Below are positions 34,601 to 46,105 of a DNA stretch of 64,000 nt, one piece after another (position 1 is the stretch's first letter; every line of letters starts with the position of its first letter). The stretch is from Rhizodiscina lignyota. Taxonomy: Eukaryota. Where the stretch lies: contig ML978127.1 in the NCBI GenBank assembly GCA_010015805.1, forward strand, positions 1,674,001-1,738,000. The letters are read 5' to 3'. The position numbers were made by a program, and so were the translations under genes. Below the pieces are notes generated by a model that saw nothing but the letters and a program-made list of their open reading frames with translations, was not told the DNA's origin and did not search any database.

Positions 34601-36700
34601 GCCAGTACTACCCCAGAATCTCCTTGTGGACACGTTTCCTGGCATCGGTCCAAACGATCTCGTTAAGTACTCTCAGGTACAGGACGCCCCTTTCGAGCCG
34701 CCTCCAGGAAGTAAGAATCAGCCCAAACAGCAACAGCGCAAGACAGCAGTGGGACCTGATGCCGCAATACCATCTAATACAATATTCCCTCTTCACCCTC
34801 AGCATGTCCGACTTCGACGTGGAGATTCGTTGTGGGATCTGCTTCCGACCGCCCTGGCGTTTTGGGAACCTCTGGGTCTTGCTCCGGCGAATGGACCTAA
34901 GAACGTCATGGCATTTTGCGTTTATCCTTCTAACCAAGATTTGGTGGAGCCTATCAGCAGCTTCCTCGATTCTCTAGGCGCAGCGTATGATAGCTGCAAG
35001 CTCGGAGCGCATGTGCGCGGCAGTGATCTTGGCGATTTCGAAGCCGGTTTAGTACCTGTCGAAGTGTCCGGGACGGATCGTCCGACCCGTGAGTACGCTG
35101 TGAAGACCGTTCGAGAGACATGTGTTGAGCTAGGCAAATTGCTCGCCAAAGCCGATCTCGTACCAGCAGAGAAGGCCCTGCAAGAATCGGCGCAAACGAA
35201 GGCTGACGAGGATGCGCCAAAAATCGGAGCTTTTGTGGTTTATATTGTCAATCCGTTTGAAGATGCTACATCCCTTCGCGACATCTGCGCCTGTTTCTGG
35301 GCTCTATTCCAGACTTACGACCAGTCGTGCCGCGCTCAATCACCGCTAGATCGCAAGCCGGATCTAGTCCTACAAATCATACCCATCAAATACGTCGCAA
35401 GCATAGATGCGCCTGTCGTCCCATCACCTCAACTGCTCGCAGCTCTGGCACGTGAGGTCTACGATCGCTGTCCACCTACCTCAACTACGGATAACTCGTC
35501 ACTTTGCATACGTACCGCACCGTCTGTTCAACTGGAGGAAACACTCCCTCGAAGCATTCATTTCAAACTTACGGCTGAGCCGCCTGGGGACTTGTTGCAT
35601 GACTGTTCGCATATACATATTGGATATGCAATGGATTGGGACAGTGATTGGCTTACCGTCGCATGGACGGACAACTGTGGTAAATATCAGAACCTCTTGT
35701 CATATTCATTGCGAGGTGCTCGTTCATTTACGGATGCTGCAAGAGAAGTTTGGCAGACGACATTGGCGATTATACAGGTGAGGAAGGTGACATGGCGGAT
35801 ATCCATTGCAAGGGCGGGGATAATGCACAAAGATGAGATGGAAGGTATGTCTGCATTCTCGTCCTAAAGGTGCTTTGCATGTGCTAACTTCCTTCAGCCT
35901 GGGCTTCAATTGTTACAAGCCCATCTTCAGTACCCATCGGCACCGTTCTCATCTCCATCAATCCGGATCCGCCGCTCTCGTTAATGCCACCCGCCACACA
36001 GCCTACGCAAAACGCAAACAATCTCACGCCTGTTTCCACGCCACAAGGTGTTTCACCGTCAGACCCATCCGCCGGTGCCGCAGCAACACCCTCCGAAGTT
36101 GCGCAAGACGCCGCAAACGACCCCGACGCACACCTCATCGACACAACTGATGAAACTTGGGGCGTAGTTATGGGCCATCGACTCAATAATTCACATAGCT
36201 TAACCGAATGGCGGCCAAGTCTCGCAAGCGGCTTTCTCATCAAACGAGGCGGCGATGGGTCCTCGAGCAGAGATGACGAAGGTAACGTGCAAGGACCGAT
36301 CGCCGTCGGAGTAAACATTGTCTGGATTGGTAGCTCGATTCGCGCACAAGGTCTCAACGCGCAACAAAATCAGAGCCAAGCCCAAAATCAGAATCAAACG
36401 CCATCGAGTAGTCAAGGCGCAGCTGTGACTCCAGGCACGCCATTTCCACCTGGCGGTATTCCGGCCACAAGCCAAGCCCAGCAACAGGCGGGGTCGACAT
36501 CTGCGGCTGCGGCTGCTGCGATCGGAGGGATGCGTGGAGGCCCGTCGATTGATCCACTTCTGAGGGAGTACTTGCATATATATAGAGGCTTAGGCTTGTT
36601 AGCCAAACTGAGGGGAATGAAAGGGACGAAAGGCGGCGCAGTGCCTTGGCATATTGTTGCTGCTGTAAATGGAGTGAAAGGATTGGAAAGATGTATGTGA
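31640..36700 (+). CDS. SSN2: Mediator kinase-module subunit Med13 (Ssn2/Srb9)
   Basis: Exons 31640-31681, 31734-35844, 35898-36700. Motifs 'VYPTPPD', 'EADFNFFDE', 'FWEPLGLAP..GPKNV', 'LVLQIIP', 'IHIGYA...WLTVAWTD' and 'VPWHIVAA'. Confidence 0.92.
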
Positions 36701-37086
36701 TCATGAAATGAAATTTTGATTGAACTTGAGGATTGGATGGCAGTGTGATTTGCATAGCGTTGGGTATGAGAGGAGGTAGTGCAATCTGCGTTTTGGAGAA
36801 AATATTATGCCTTATTGTCCGATCTAACTTTTCCAGATCCCTCAATCAATCAATTGTCCACTGACTGTAGGCATCGATATCTTAACACTACATTGAAATG
36901 TTTCTCGTTGAGACCTACTACTTATGAGCGCTGTCGTCCAGGTATAACTAACATAAGTGGGGGCCTGACAATTAGCCCACATTCCATCAAAAAATTCCAA
37001 CGCCAATATCTCGCCAACGAACAGAGAGATAGGGTTGGAAGTTGGCAAAAAATTATAGACCTCAATCGAGGGAGGCAAAAGGAAAT

Positions 37087-37173
37087 GGGTTCATCCGGAA
37101 TTCGAATCCGGGACCTCTCGCAGCTTGACTTAGGTGACCCTAAGCGAGAATCATACCACTAGACCAATGAACC
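37087..37173 (-). tRNA. tRNA-Pro(AGG) with 15-nt intron
   Basis: GGTTCAT/ATGAACC acceptor stem, A-box TGGTCTAGTGG, anticodon arm CTCGC-TTAGGG[intron TCACCTAAGTCAAGC]T-GCGAG, T arm CCGGA-TTCGAAT-TCCGG, followed by TTTCCTTTT. Confidence 0.95.
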
Positions 37174-38112
37174 GGAAATTGATTCTCAAAATCTAACAAA
37201 TATTCTTATATAGTAAATTTTCTAAAATTTTCTCAATCGCTTCTAATCCGATACAATAAGACACAATGTTCTCTTGCGTAGCAATAATTACAAAATTTTC
37301 AATAGAGACACTCAGGCTGCTTGGAGAAAGTAACGGCTTTCGGGGACAGTCCATCGACTCCAGCGTGCGGGAAGAGCAAGGAATTCTGCAAAGCAAACGA
37401 GCACAACGCATTAATGATTAAAAGAGACATCTCTTATCTCTGGTCAACAGTTACGCGGAATAATGCGGAAGGGCTATTACTGCAAAAATACGGCTGTCTA
37501 CGAAGTAATCTAATGGCACCGTGAGACGATCAGGATGCGATAATTCATTCAAGCCCATCAGACGGCAAGAAGCGAAAATAGCAATATATCCGATGAATAA
37601 CTTCACTCTAGGAATAGGTCGTTTGTCTCATAGTCAGCTGTCGAACCTCCATGTAGTTGAAGAATCACGCGAGCCTTTGAAAGGGGGGGGAATAGAGTTG
37701 ACCAGAAGTAATAAAAGAGTAAGAAACACCGGGCAGTTTGAGGCCGTACTCTTATTCACATTATCAGGAGGCTTAATGATCTGATTATAGGCAGTAGTTG
37801 GACTGGGAAGCGCTATGTACTCAACTGGACTCTATGCGTGGGTAGATCTCATGCTTAACGGATCGAATTCCGGGGAGACAGCAAGTCGCCAAAGAAGGGA
37901 CTTTATTTCTAAGCCAATTGTAAGGCTAAAAATGTGAACCATAACAACGCCAATCCTGTGCACACCATCCATTATGTTGATTGTGGCCATACTGTTTAAA
38001 CAGCCAATGCTCCATCGCCATTACTCCCGCATCGCAAGTAGTCATGCATCTTGAATCAATTAAGATCCACGGACATATTTCGTGCTATGACTCAGTTGAT
38101 CGAGGCGATATC

Positions 38113-39114
38113 TCATTCCAGCAAGTTGGAAACCTCAGGCGCAAGCGCGGACTCGATGGCTTCAGCGGCCTGCAAGAGACTGGGATCGTTTGCGAGGGGT
38201 CCAGTCCCCTCAGACTGAGGTGCAGCGCTTCCAGCGCCGGATGGAACAGGGCCAGATGGACCAGATCCAGTGGCAGCCACGGCATCGTTCATTGGACCAC
38301 GGCTTGATGCAAACGTGCCGGTCGCCTCAGGTCCAGGGGCAGCCTTGACACCGTTCTTGACATCGTTGCCGGACGCGGCAGATCCGGTCGCTCCAGGTCC
38401 AGATGGAGTCATTGCGTCGTTCTTCGGACCGCTTCCTGATGCGAATGGGCCAGTTGCCTGAGGCCTAGGCGCAGTCTTGATACCACTCATCTGTCCACTA
38501 CCAGAGGCAGCGGGGCGAGTTGCTTGGGGTCCAGAGGCAGTCATTTCGTTGTTCGTAGGAGCGCTCTCCGACGCAAATGGGCCAGTCGCCTCAGGCCCTG
38601 GTGCCGTCTCGACATTGTTCTTGAGCCCACTGCTCGGCGCAACGGCGCCAGTCGCTTGGAGTTTAGCAGCAGTGCCCACATTGTTCATTGTACTATTGCC
38701 CGATGCAAAGGGTCCAGTGAGCTGCCTGTGGCTATTTCCTGAAGCTGTGCAAGAAACCGACACGACATCGACACCAGCTGGGCTCTGGGTGATTTGAGTT
38801 TCCTGATTCAGTCCAAAACCGCCACCCAAAGGAACGTGGTCGACGCCAGTTGCATGGCAGGTGACTGTTTGCCCTTTCGGTGCGTCAATCACCGTGGCTT
38901 GCGTGATTGTGGCAGCATTTCTGACTGGCTGAGGCCTGCCGTTTACAGTGATGGCTGCCTGAACTGCTAACTCGGAGGCTCCAGTGAGCTCGACAGTAAC
39001 CGAGAAAGGAGTAGCTTGTCGACGACCCATAGGATATGTGTTGAGTGGAATGGCCGAAGTGATAGAGGAGGTAAAAAGGACGGTGGTGAGAGCTGTGGTG
39101 AGGGAATACTGCAT
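38113..39114 (-). CDS. Secreted protein: signal peptide, Kex2-like RR site, small 2-Cys domain, then 22-aa Gly/Ala/Pro/Thr-rich tandem repeats
   Basis: Intronless 333-aa ORF beginning 'MQYSLTTALTTVLFTSSITSAIP...GRRQ'; about seven repeats such as ATGPFASGSGPKNDAMTPSGPG. Confidence 0.85.
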   Translation of the reverse strand: MQYSLTTALTTVLFTSSITSAIPLNTYPMGRRQATPFSVTVELTGASELAVQAAITVNGRPQPVRNAATITQATVIDAPKGQTVTCHATGVDHVPLGGGFGLNQETQITQSPAGVDVVSVSCTASGNSHRQLTGPFASGNSTMNNVGTAAKLQATGAVAPSSGLKNNVETAPGPEATGPFASESAPTNNEMTASGPQATRPAASGSGQMSGIKTAPRPQATGPFASGSGPKNDAMTPSGPGATGSAASGNDVKNGVKAAPGPEATGTFASSRGPMNDAVAATGSGPSGPVPSGAGSAAPQSEGTGPLANDPSLLQAAEAIESALAPEVSNLLE

Positions 39115-39804
39115 TATGTTTGATGTACAAGTGGTATGACAATGATCTCGAAGGGACTGATGTCGTGGTGACTTTTAGTAAAGACGGTTAGGATTGATAG
39201 AGTAAAGGATTGACTCTAGGAAAGATAAAAGAAATACTAAGGAAGTAGGAAAACGGGTAGGAAATTCGTTAGATGTTTGAGTATGGTGTGGTGCTTAAAG
39301 GAGAGAATGGAAGACCAGATGGCACCGAATACTTATACGTATTTCTTCCTGCGCATTCACTATTCGAGCATTCGGATAGATTACTAGTGAGCGGGGTTAA
39401 GTGATGCAATCAGAAGAAAAGATAGAACGATCCTCCTGGGTTGTGGTGTTGATCGCTGCCATGGTCGTCAACGCCTGGAATAGTATCCTACCTAATAGCG
39501 CGACAGCCACAAAATGACATCAACCCTTCGCCTCCAAAACGCGTTCAGCATGTATGCGCTGCTGCTCCTTGGAAACAACCACGATCATTGCCTGGTTCGC
39601 TCAAATCTTGTCTGCGCTTAGTCGTTGTTCCGGTCGGTGATATTACTCCGAGAAAATCGCAAGGCAGTGCAAGGTCGGCATCCAACAAAGGTTGGTTTCA
39701 GAGATGAGAAACGACACTCCATTCAGCCCAGTATTTATGTTTGCCTTAAGATCTCTCGTCCTGTCTCAAAAGGGTAGGGGAGCTTGCTTGAGGCTTCCTG
39801 AGGC

Positions 39805-39810
<6 letters not shown>

Positions 39811-39851
<41 letters not shown>
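39811..39851. repeat. (GA)20 microsatellite
   Basis: Perfect GA run in the divergent intergenic region upstream of the CoA-transferase gene. Confidence 0.97.
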
Positions 39852-39853
<2 letters not shown>

Positions 39854-40131
39854 TCATCGGACACGGCCCGTCACGTGCCGTGTCCACCCGCCCAAAAACG
39901 CATGGGGGTGTGAGAGTCCGAGGCGATTCAAACAGGCCTCCTCTCCGAAACCGCAACGCGCCTTTGAAGAGTCCGTAAGTACAAATTTCACCACTCTGTC
40001 TTTATATTTTGAATGGGGATGAACCTTACTTCATTACCTTCGTTACAGTGTCATTGTTGATCAAATCTAAAAGCCTTTTGACACGGTGAGATCGCAGCGC
40101 CAGCAGTTTTCATCTCTGACAAAGGCTCTCG

Positions 40132-41532
40132 ATGGCTTCAAGCTCCAGACGTTGTATAGCAAGCGCGCTTCGGAATTGCTCCAAATCTACGTCAGTGGCA
40201 TCATCAATTCAGGCGTCAGAGTCGACGAGATGGGCCGGAAGCTCGCATTTCAAGACGGATCGACGACATATCAAGCAAAGAGTGCAATCACGCGAGCAAT
40301 TTCGCAGCTTTTCCTGCGCGACATCTCGGAGAACGGTCGACGCTACGAGTAAATCAGCAAGACCACTGGACGGCATCACAGTTGTGAGCCTTGAACAGGC
40401 TGTTGCGGCACCGTTCTGCACAAGACAGCTTGCTGATCTTGGAGCGCGAGTCATCAAGGTTGAACGTCCTGGAGATGGCGACTTTGCCCGCAAATACGAC
40501 ACTCGTGTCCACGGCGAAGCTTCTCACTTTATCTGGTTGAACAGATCAAAAGAGAGTCTGGCATTGGACTTGAAGAACCCTGAAGACCTGAACATTCTGA
40601 AGAAGCTGCTCGAGCGCACAGATGTCCTCGTCCAAAACCTTGCTCCCGGTGCAAGTGGTCGGCTCGGTCTCTCGTACGAAGCGCTTCAAGAGAAGCATCC
40701 TGGCATGATCGTGTGTGATGTTTCGGGTTACGGAAGCGATGGCCCGTATGTCAAGAAGAAAGCCTACGATCTTCTCATTCAAAGCGAATCTGGGATGCTT
40801 TCGGTTACGGGCACGCAAGCTAAAACCGAGTCGGGCACAAAGATAGAGCCTGCCAAGGTTGGCATATCCATTGCCGATATTGCGGCAGGAATGTATGCGT
40901 ATACCAACATCCTGGCAGCCTTAATGCAGCGCGAAAAGACAGGCAAAGGATCCAAAATCGACATCTCGATGCTAGAGGCCTTGACGGAGTGGATGAGTTT
41001 CCCATTATATTACGCATTCGACGGCGCTCCTGGTCCAGTACCAGCTGGTGCTTCACACGCCTCAATCTATCCCTACGGACCGTTCAAGACAGGCGATGGG
41101 TCAGTCATGTTGGGCATACAGAATGAGCGAGAGTTTGCCAACTTTTGCGACATAGTCCTTGGAGACGCCAGCCTGTCAAAGGATTCACGATTTGAAAACA
41201 ACACGGCCCGCGTCAAGAATCGTGAGGCTTTGAAGCAGACTATTGAAGATATCTTCTCGCAATTATCGTCTGAAGACGTCGTCAAGCGACTCGAAGTAGC
41301 TTCCATTGCAAACGCTAAAGTTAATGACATGCACGATGTCTGGAACCATCCCCAGCTTCAAGCGAGAGGGCGATGGACAGAAGTAGACACGCCCGCCGGC
41401 GTAGTGCCGGCCCTCATACCTCCTGGATTCCAGCCTCGAGGTAGAGGTGAAGGGCTCGAAGCTCGTATGGATCCAGTCCCTAAAGTTGGCGAGCACAATT
41501 CGAAGATATTAGCGGAATTGAATATGGCATAG
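40132..41532 (+). CDS. CoA-transferase family III (CaiB/BaiF) with probable mitochondrial presequence
   Basis: Motifs 'PLDGITVVSLEQAVAAPFCTRQLADLGARVIKVERP..GD', 'NRSKESLALDLK', 'GYGSDGPY..KKAYDLLIQSESG' and catalytic 'IADIAAG'; Arg/Ser-rich N-terminus. Confidence 0.93.
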   Translation: MASSSRRCIASALRNCSKSTSVASSIQASESTRWAGSSHFKTDRRHIKQRVQSREQFRSFSCATSRRTVDATSKSARPLDGITVVSLEQAVAAPFCTRQLADLGARVIKVERPGDGDFARKYDTRVHGEASHFIWLNRSKESLALDLKNPEDLNILKKLLERTDVLVQNLAPGASGRLGLSYEALQEKHPGMIVCDVSGYGSDGPYVKKKAYDLLIQSESGMLSVTGTQAKTESGTKIEPAKVGISIADIAAGMYAYTNILAALMQREKTGKGSKIDISMLEALTEWMSFPLYYAFDGAPGPVPAGASHASIYPYGPFKTGDGSVMLGIQNEREFANFCDIVLGDASLSKDSRFENNTARVKNREALKQTIEDIFSQLSSEDVVKRLEVASIANAKVNDMHDVWNHPQLQARGRWTEVDTPAGVVPALIPPGFQPRGRGEGLEARMDPVPKVGEHNSKILAELNMA

Positions 41533-42569
41533 GTATTCTGGGGTTCGAAGGTGTAGATGAAGGAGCTGCATGACTGGTCTAGTGCCTACACAAGTAGTGT
41601 TCAGGCACGTCTCGTTTCAATGGACGAGTGTTTGCCCTCACTCACATCATTGTATTTGGCTCCGTTTCTGTTGCAGATTCTACCATTGAACACTTGGGAG
41701 AATCGCGCAATAGTTTTGTAATCATTGTAAATATTTAGCGGCATTTATGCATATGTTCCAAAATTTGAATCAGATGGCAAGTCTTTAATGCGTTATTACT
41801 GCCCTGACGCGTGACATAAGTGGCGTCTTGAGACATCCAATTTTAAATTTCCACCGCCAGCCACCAGCCGGAAACCCTCGATATCACCAAGAAATTCATC
41901 TCCGTACAACTGATCCGTACGCATGAGTAATCCCACCTCATTCAATCTTTAAGGCAAGTCTTTTCATATCGAAGGAACCGAATGTTTACGAGTTCTGAAA
42001 TATCCCCGCACTCGTCGGATTTATCCGGTCGACATATCGATGAGCTGGATGATCGTCGAAGATTACGCTCAATGCGATTCCTAGTTTTCTTTTAAGTTTC
42101 AGACGTATTCTCCATACTGAGGAAATGTATCTTATGGAGTTCCGTATACGGGGCGCCCTTCAAGACGTGTTGAAACATATGACATTGAATGATGACGAAG
42201 TGCGTCCAAGGGCTTGCTAATTCTTTGGGCTGCACGTCCGGACTCTACCACAATGACGATTTCAGCCGATGGCCGAATGCAACATAGAATAGGCGTTCTC
42301 TGAGGAAGACAACCAAACTCCTATGCAACTAGCACGGAGCCTCATCCTTTCGGCGAAGATCGCCCGCCAATACGAGGGGAAATTCTTCCCCTCAATTATG
42401 TTCCTGGCGATCCGAAGTCGTCACCGGAAAAATTACTCTCATTGATGCTTCTGTTGGTTGTACGGTAGATGTTACGCACGAAGTGTGCTCAGTATTGACA
42501 AAGTGAGACCAGTAGGAGAAACAGGATATATGTGCCCAGTTATCCGCCTTCTTCGATCAGCTCACGTTC

Positions 42570-45418
42570 ATGGCTTTCAAAATGGCAGATAAAATCATTA
42601 GTAGGCTCTCATTCTTTCTCTTTCTCGCTTCCGTCAGTATCGCAGCACCTGTTTCTAGTGATGCCGCGTCAGATTGGACAGTCTATGTCGATCCTTTCAT
42701 TGGTACTGCAGGCCCAGATCCCAACAGCGGTGCAAACTCTGGTGATACCTTTCCTGGTCCTACTCTTCCTTTTGGTGTCGTAAAACTCGGGCCGGACACG
42801 ACTGAATTCGACCCTTCAACAAATGCCTTTGCAGGATATACTCCTGACGGTAATGGTATGTATCTCCGCCGCATGCAGATCAGATTCCCATCGATATCCA
42901 CACGATAAGATATGAGCTAACAAGATGGGTAACATAGTCACTGCATTCACATGCTTCCATGAGTGTGGCATTGGAGGGGGATCCAAGTATGGAGTGGTCG
43001 GTCATATGCCTTTGTTGACCCTGGAAGGTGTCAATGTTCTCGACAACATGACATACATGCAGCCTCGCAAAGGGATGGATCGGGCATCCGTGGGGTACTA
43101 TCGATCCGACTTCAAGAATGGTATCACAACGGAGCTAGCAGCGTCACGTCATGCTGGGTTTATTCAATATACCTTTCCCGCAGGCGGCGATCGTATCGTT
43201 TTGGCTGATGTTTCGCACAATCTTCCGTCTCTAGCGGAGTTTATCAAGTCACAAACGTACAGCAACGGACAACTTGTTGTGACTGACGGAGGACGAGGAT
43301 ACCACGGGTGGGGAGTGTGGCGAGGTGGTTGGGGTGGCGGAGGACTCGCATGGGGAGAAGGTGAGATGAGAGATACCTGACACGAGATCTCCTGGTTCTC
43401 ACTGCTACACCAATGTTCTAATCTCAATCTTCTCAAGGCTCGGATTATCAGATCTACTTCTGTAATGAATTTGACTCAACTCCAGAGAGTTATCAGTATT
43501 TCTCTGGGCCATGGAATGCGCCTGATTCACCACCGAGCCCGTCCACTCAAGTTTTCTTCAGCAATGGACCAGGCATACAAGGCGGACCAGAAGGCGATGA
43601 CATGGGAAACCGCATCGGTGCAGTCTTCAAATTTGCTGAGAATACTACGCAAGTCAAGTCAAGAATCGGCGTGTCCTTTATATCGGTGGAAAAGGCTTGT
43701 AACTTTGTCCAGCAAGAAATTCCCTCGTGGACTTTGAACGACACTGTTGAGGCAGCCAAGAAAGAATGGAACGACGATGTTTTCTCAAAGGTCACAACAA
43801 CAGACAAGAAAAATACAACCAGACTCACCATGTTTTATTCCGGTCTATATCGCGGCCATCAGATGCCTTCTGACAGGACGGGGGAGAATCCGAAGTGGAA
43901 TTCCAGCGAACCATCTTACGATGATTTCTACACATTGTGGGACACCTTCCGTTGCTTGAATAGCTGGTACCTCCTTGTGCAGCCCTCGCGTGCAGAAGGC
44001 ATGGTCCGCGCTCTTATCGATATTTGGCGACATGTCGGGTTTGCTCCAGATGGGAGGTCTGGGAATTTCAATGGCAAGGTTCAAGGTGGCTCCAATGCCG
44101 ACAATGTCCTCGCCGATGCTTACGTTAAGGGGCTACGCGGTGGAATAAACTGGAAAGATGGATATGGTCAGTTGACTTTCCTCCCTTCAGATGTGGAGGA
44201 ACTGACGCAAACAGCTACAATGAGGAAGGACGCTGAAGTCACGCCTCCGCCCAATCATGATCCAGAGGATCCAACTTGTGCTAATGCGGACGGCCGATGT
44301 GCACTCCCGGATTGGTTAGAATATGGTTACATCACGCCGAATTTCTCTTCAAGCGTTAGCAGGGTAGTCGAATACTCGCTCAATGACTTCTCTCTGAGTC
44401 AGGTCGCCAAAGACTTGGCACCCCAAGATTACCAGAAGTATCTCAAGCGATCCGGGTAGGTTCCTAAACAAAATCAGATAGTGAACGGTGTCAATCGAAT
44501 CAGCAACTGACTTTGGCCGACAGGAACTGGAAGCATCAATGGAATCCGCACATGACTCAATATAACTTCTCAGGTTTCCTCGGACCAAGAAACGCAGACG
44601 GTACACTCATCACCATCGATCCACAAAACACGTCGTATACAACCGAGGGTTTGCCATGGGGTAAGCTGCTACCCTCGCTTTGCTTCCTCCGCTCTGTTTG
44701 TTTGTCTGACTGGACATACAGAATACAGCTGGACCGTTCCACATGACATCGAAAGTCTTGTTTCGATTATGGGCGGCCCAGAGCTCACGGAAAAGCGTCT
44801 GGATATAATGTTCGTGCCAAATCTTCGGACGGCAGATCTCGGAGTCGGTGTTGCTTCCGGTACAACGCTCTATAATCCTGGTAAGTCACCGCAGTCTCAA
44901 ATAATCACCTGCTTTCAATGTACTTTAGAACTCACATATATCTCCCATCACTAGGCAACGAACCTAGCTTCTTCACGCCCTTTATCTACAATTACCTCCC
45001 AGGGAAGCAGTGGAAATCAGTCCGCCAGTCGCGAATTAACATCAACATAAATTACTTCACAGGCCCATCCGGCTTGCCGGGTAATAGTGACGCCGGCGCA
45101 CTGGATAGTTGGATGTTCTGGCAGATGCTGGGGCTTTATCCCGTAGTGACACAGGACGTGTATTTGATCTTGTCGCCATGGTTCAGCGACATCAGCGTGA
45201 CCGTGGGAGCGAACAACGCGACTCTCCGGATCACGGCGCAGAATCTTTCTGAAGAGAGTTTCTATGTCCAGAGCCTCAAAGTAAATGGCAAGGAATGGAA
45301 CCTGAACTGGTTGACGCACGCAGATATTGCGAATGGTGGACACTTGGAGTTTATCCTGGGTCCAAATACGACTGTCTGGGATACAGGAGATGTGCCTCCG
45401 AGTCCTGGACACCAGTAA
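42570..45418 (+). CDS. Secreted glycoside hydrolase family 92 (alpha-1,2-mannosidase)
   Basis: Signal peptide (start could also be 42582). Six introns: 42856-42937, 43361-43437, 44167-44214, 44456-44523, 44661-44721, 44881-44954. Motifs 'YVDPFIGT', 'PFGVVKLGPD', 'TLWDTFR', 'QGGSNAD', 'EYSWTVPHD', 'GNEPS' and 'GLPGNSDAGA'. Confidence 0.94.
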
Positions 45419-46105
45419 CTGTCGTAGAAGGTCCCCTGGATATCTTGGCTTCAATTTGCGATTCGTGAATAAACAAGTAGCTGGAGGATTAGCTAGGTTC
45501 GCCACGAAGCTCGATGCGATACTTCGCGACATCGATATTGTGAAGCAACCCAGCTCCCATTCGGGCTGCCAGTGCTATCCTCTTATAATCTTATTTGCGC
45601 AGGCCGCCATGTTGAACATTTTTCGAGGTCGCCTTTCGACACTTCGTTGCAGTTGGATTTCTCTGCGGCGGAGTGAGGCGTCGGCCTTAAAAGGGGAAGG
45701 ATTTTCGGCCCCCCATAAATAGAAGCCAAGCCACCACGAAGGGCCAAGGCGGCTGAAGCTTTCTCGCCGGTCGGCGCATCCTTCGTAATTACTCGTCCTC
45801 TCGTCAAATGCTCTTGCATCTTGCCCCGCAACAAGTGGCTATACATATGAAAGAGCGGCTCAGTAAGAAGTAGCGATATCAGGACCCAGCCTTGCCTACA
45901 ACCCCATCATGGCTCCAGTCACAGTGCAGACCGCTCAGCGGCATAGCCTTGAACTTAAACGTGTCATACATTAAGTACTCAACATCTACACATTGGATTC
46001 CTGTTACGTGTTTGCCTTCATGTCTCTTTTGCACTTTCCTTCACATTCTCATTCTCCCTCACATTCTCATTCTCCCACCCCGACTCTCCTTCCAAAACCA
46101 AATCG

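Noticed and set aside
37200..38100. Transposon or LTR remnant upstream of tRNA-Pro
   Set aside because: AT-richer, but I found no terminal repeats, target-site duplication or transposase/RT motifs.
46041..46076. 18-bp direct duplication TCACATTCTCATTCTCCC
   Set aside because: Two copies in a pyrimidine-rich 5' leader; most likely simple slippage.
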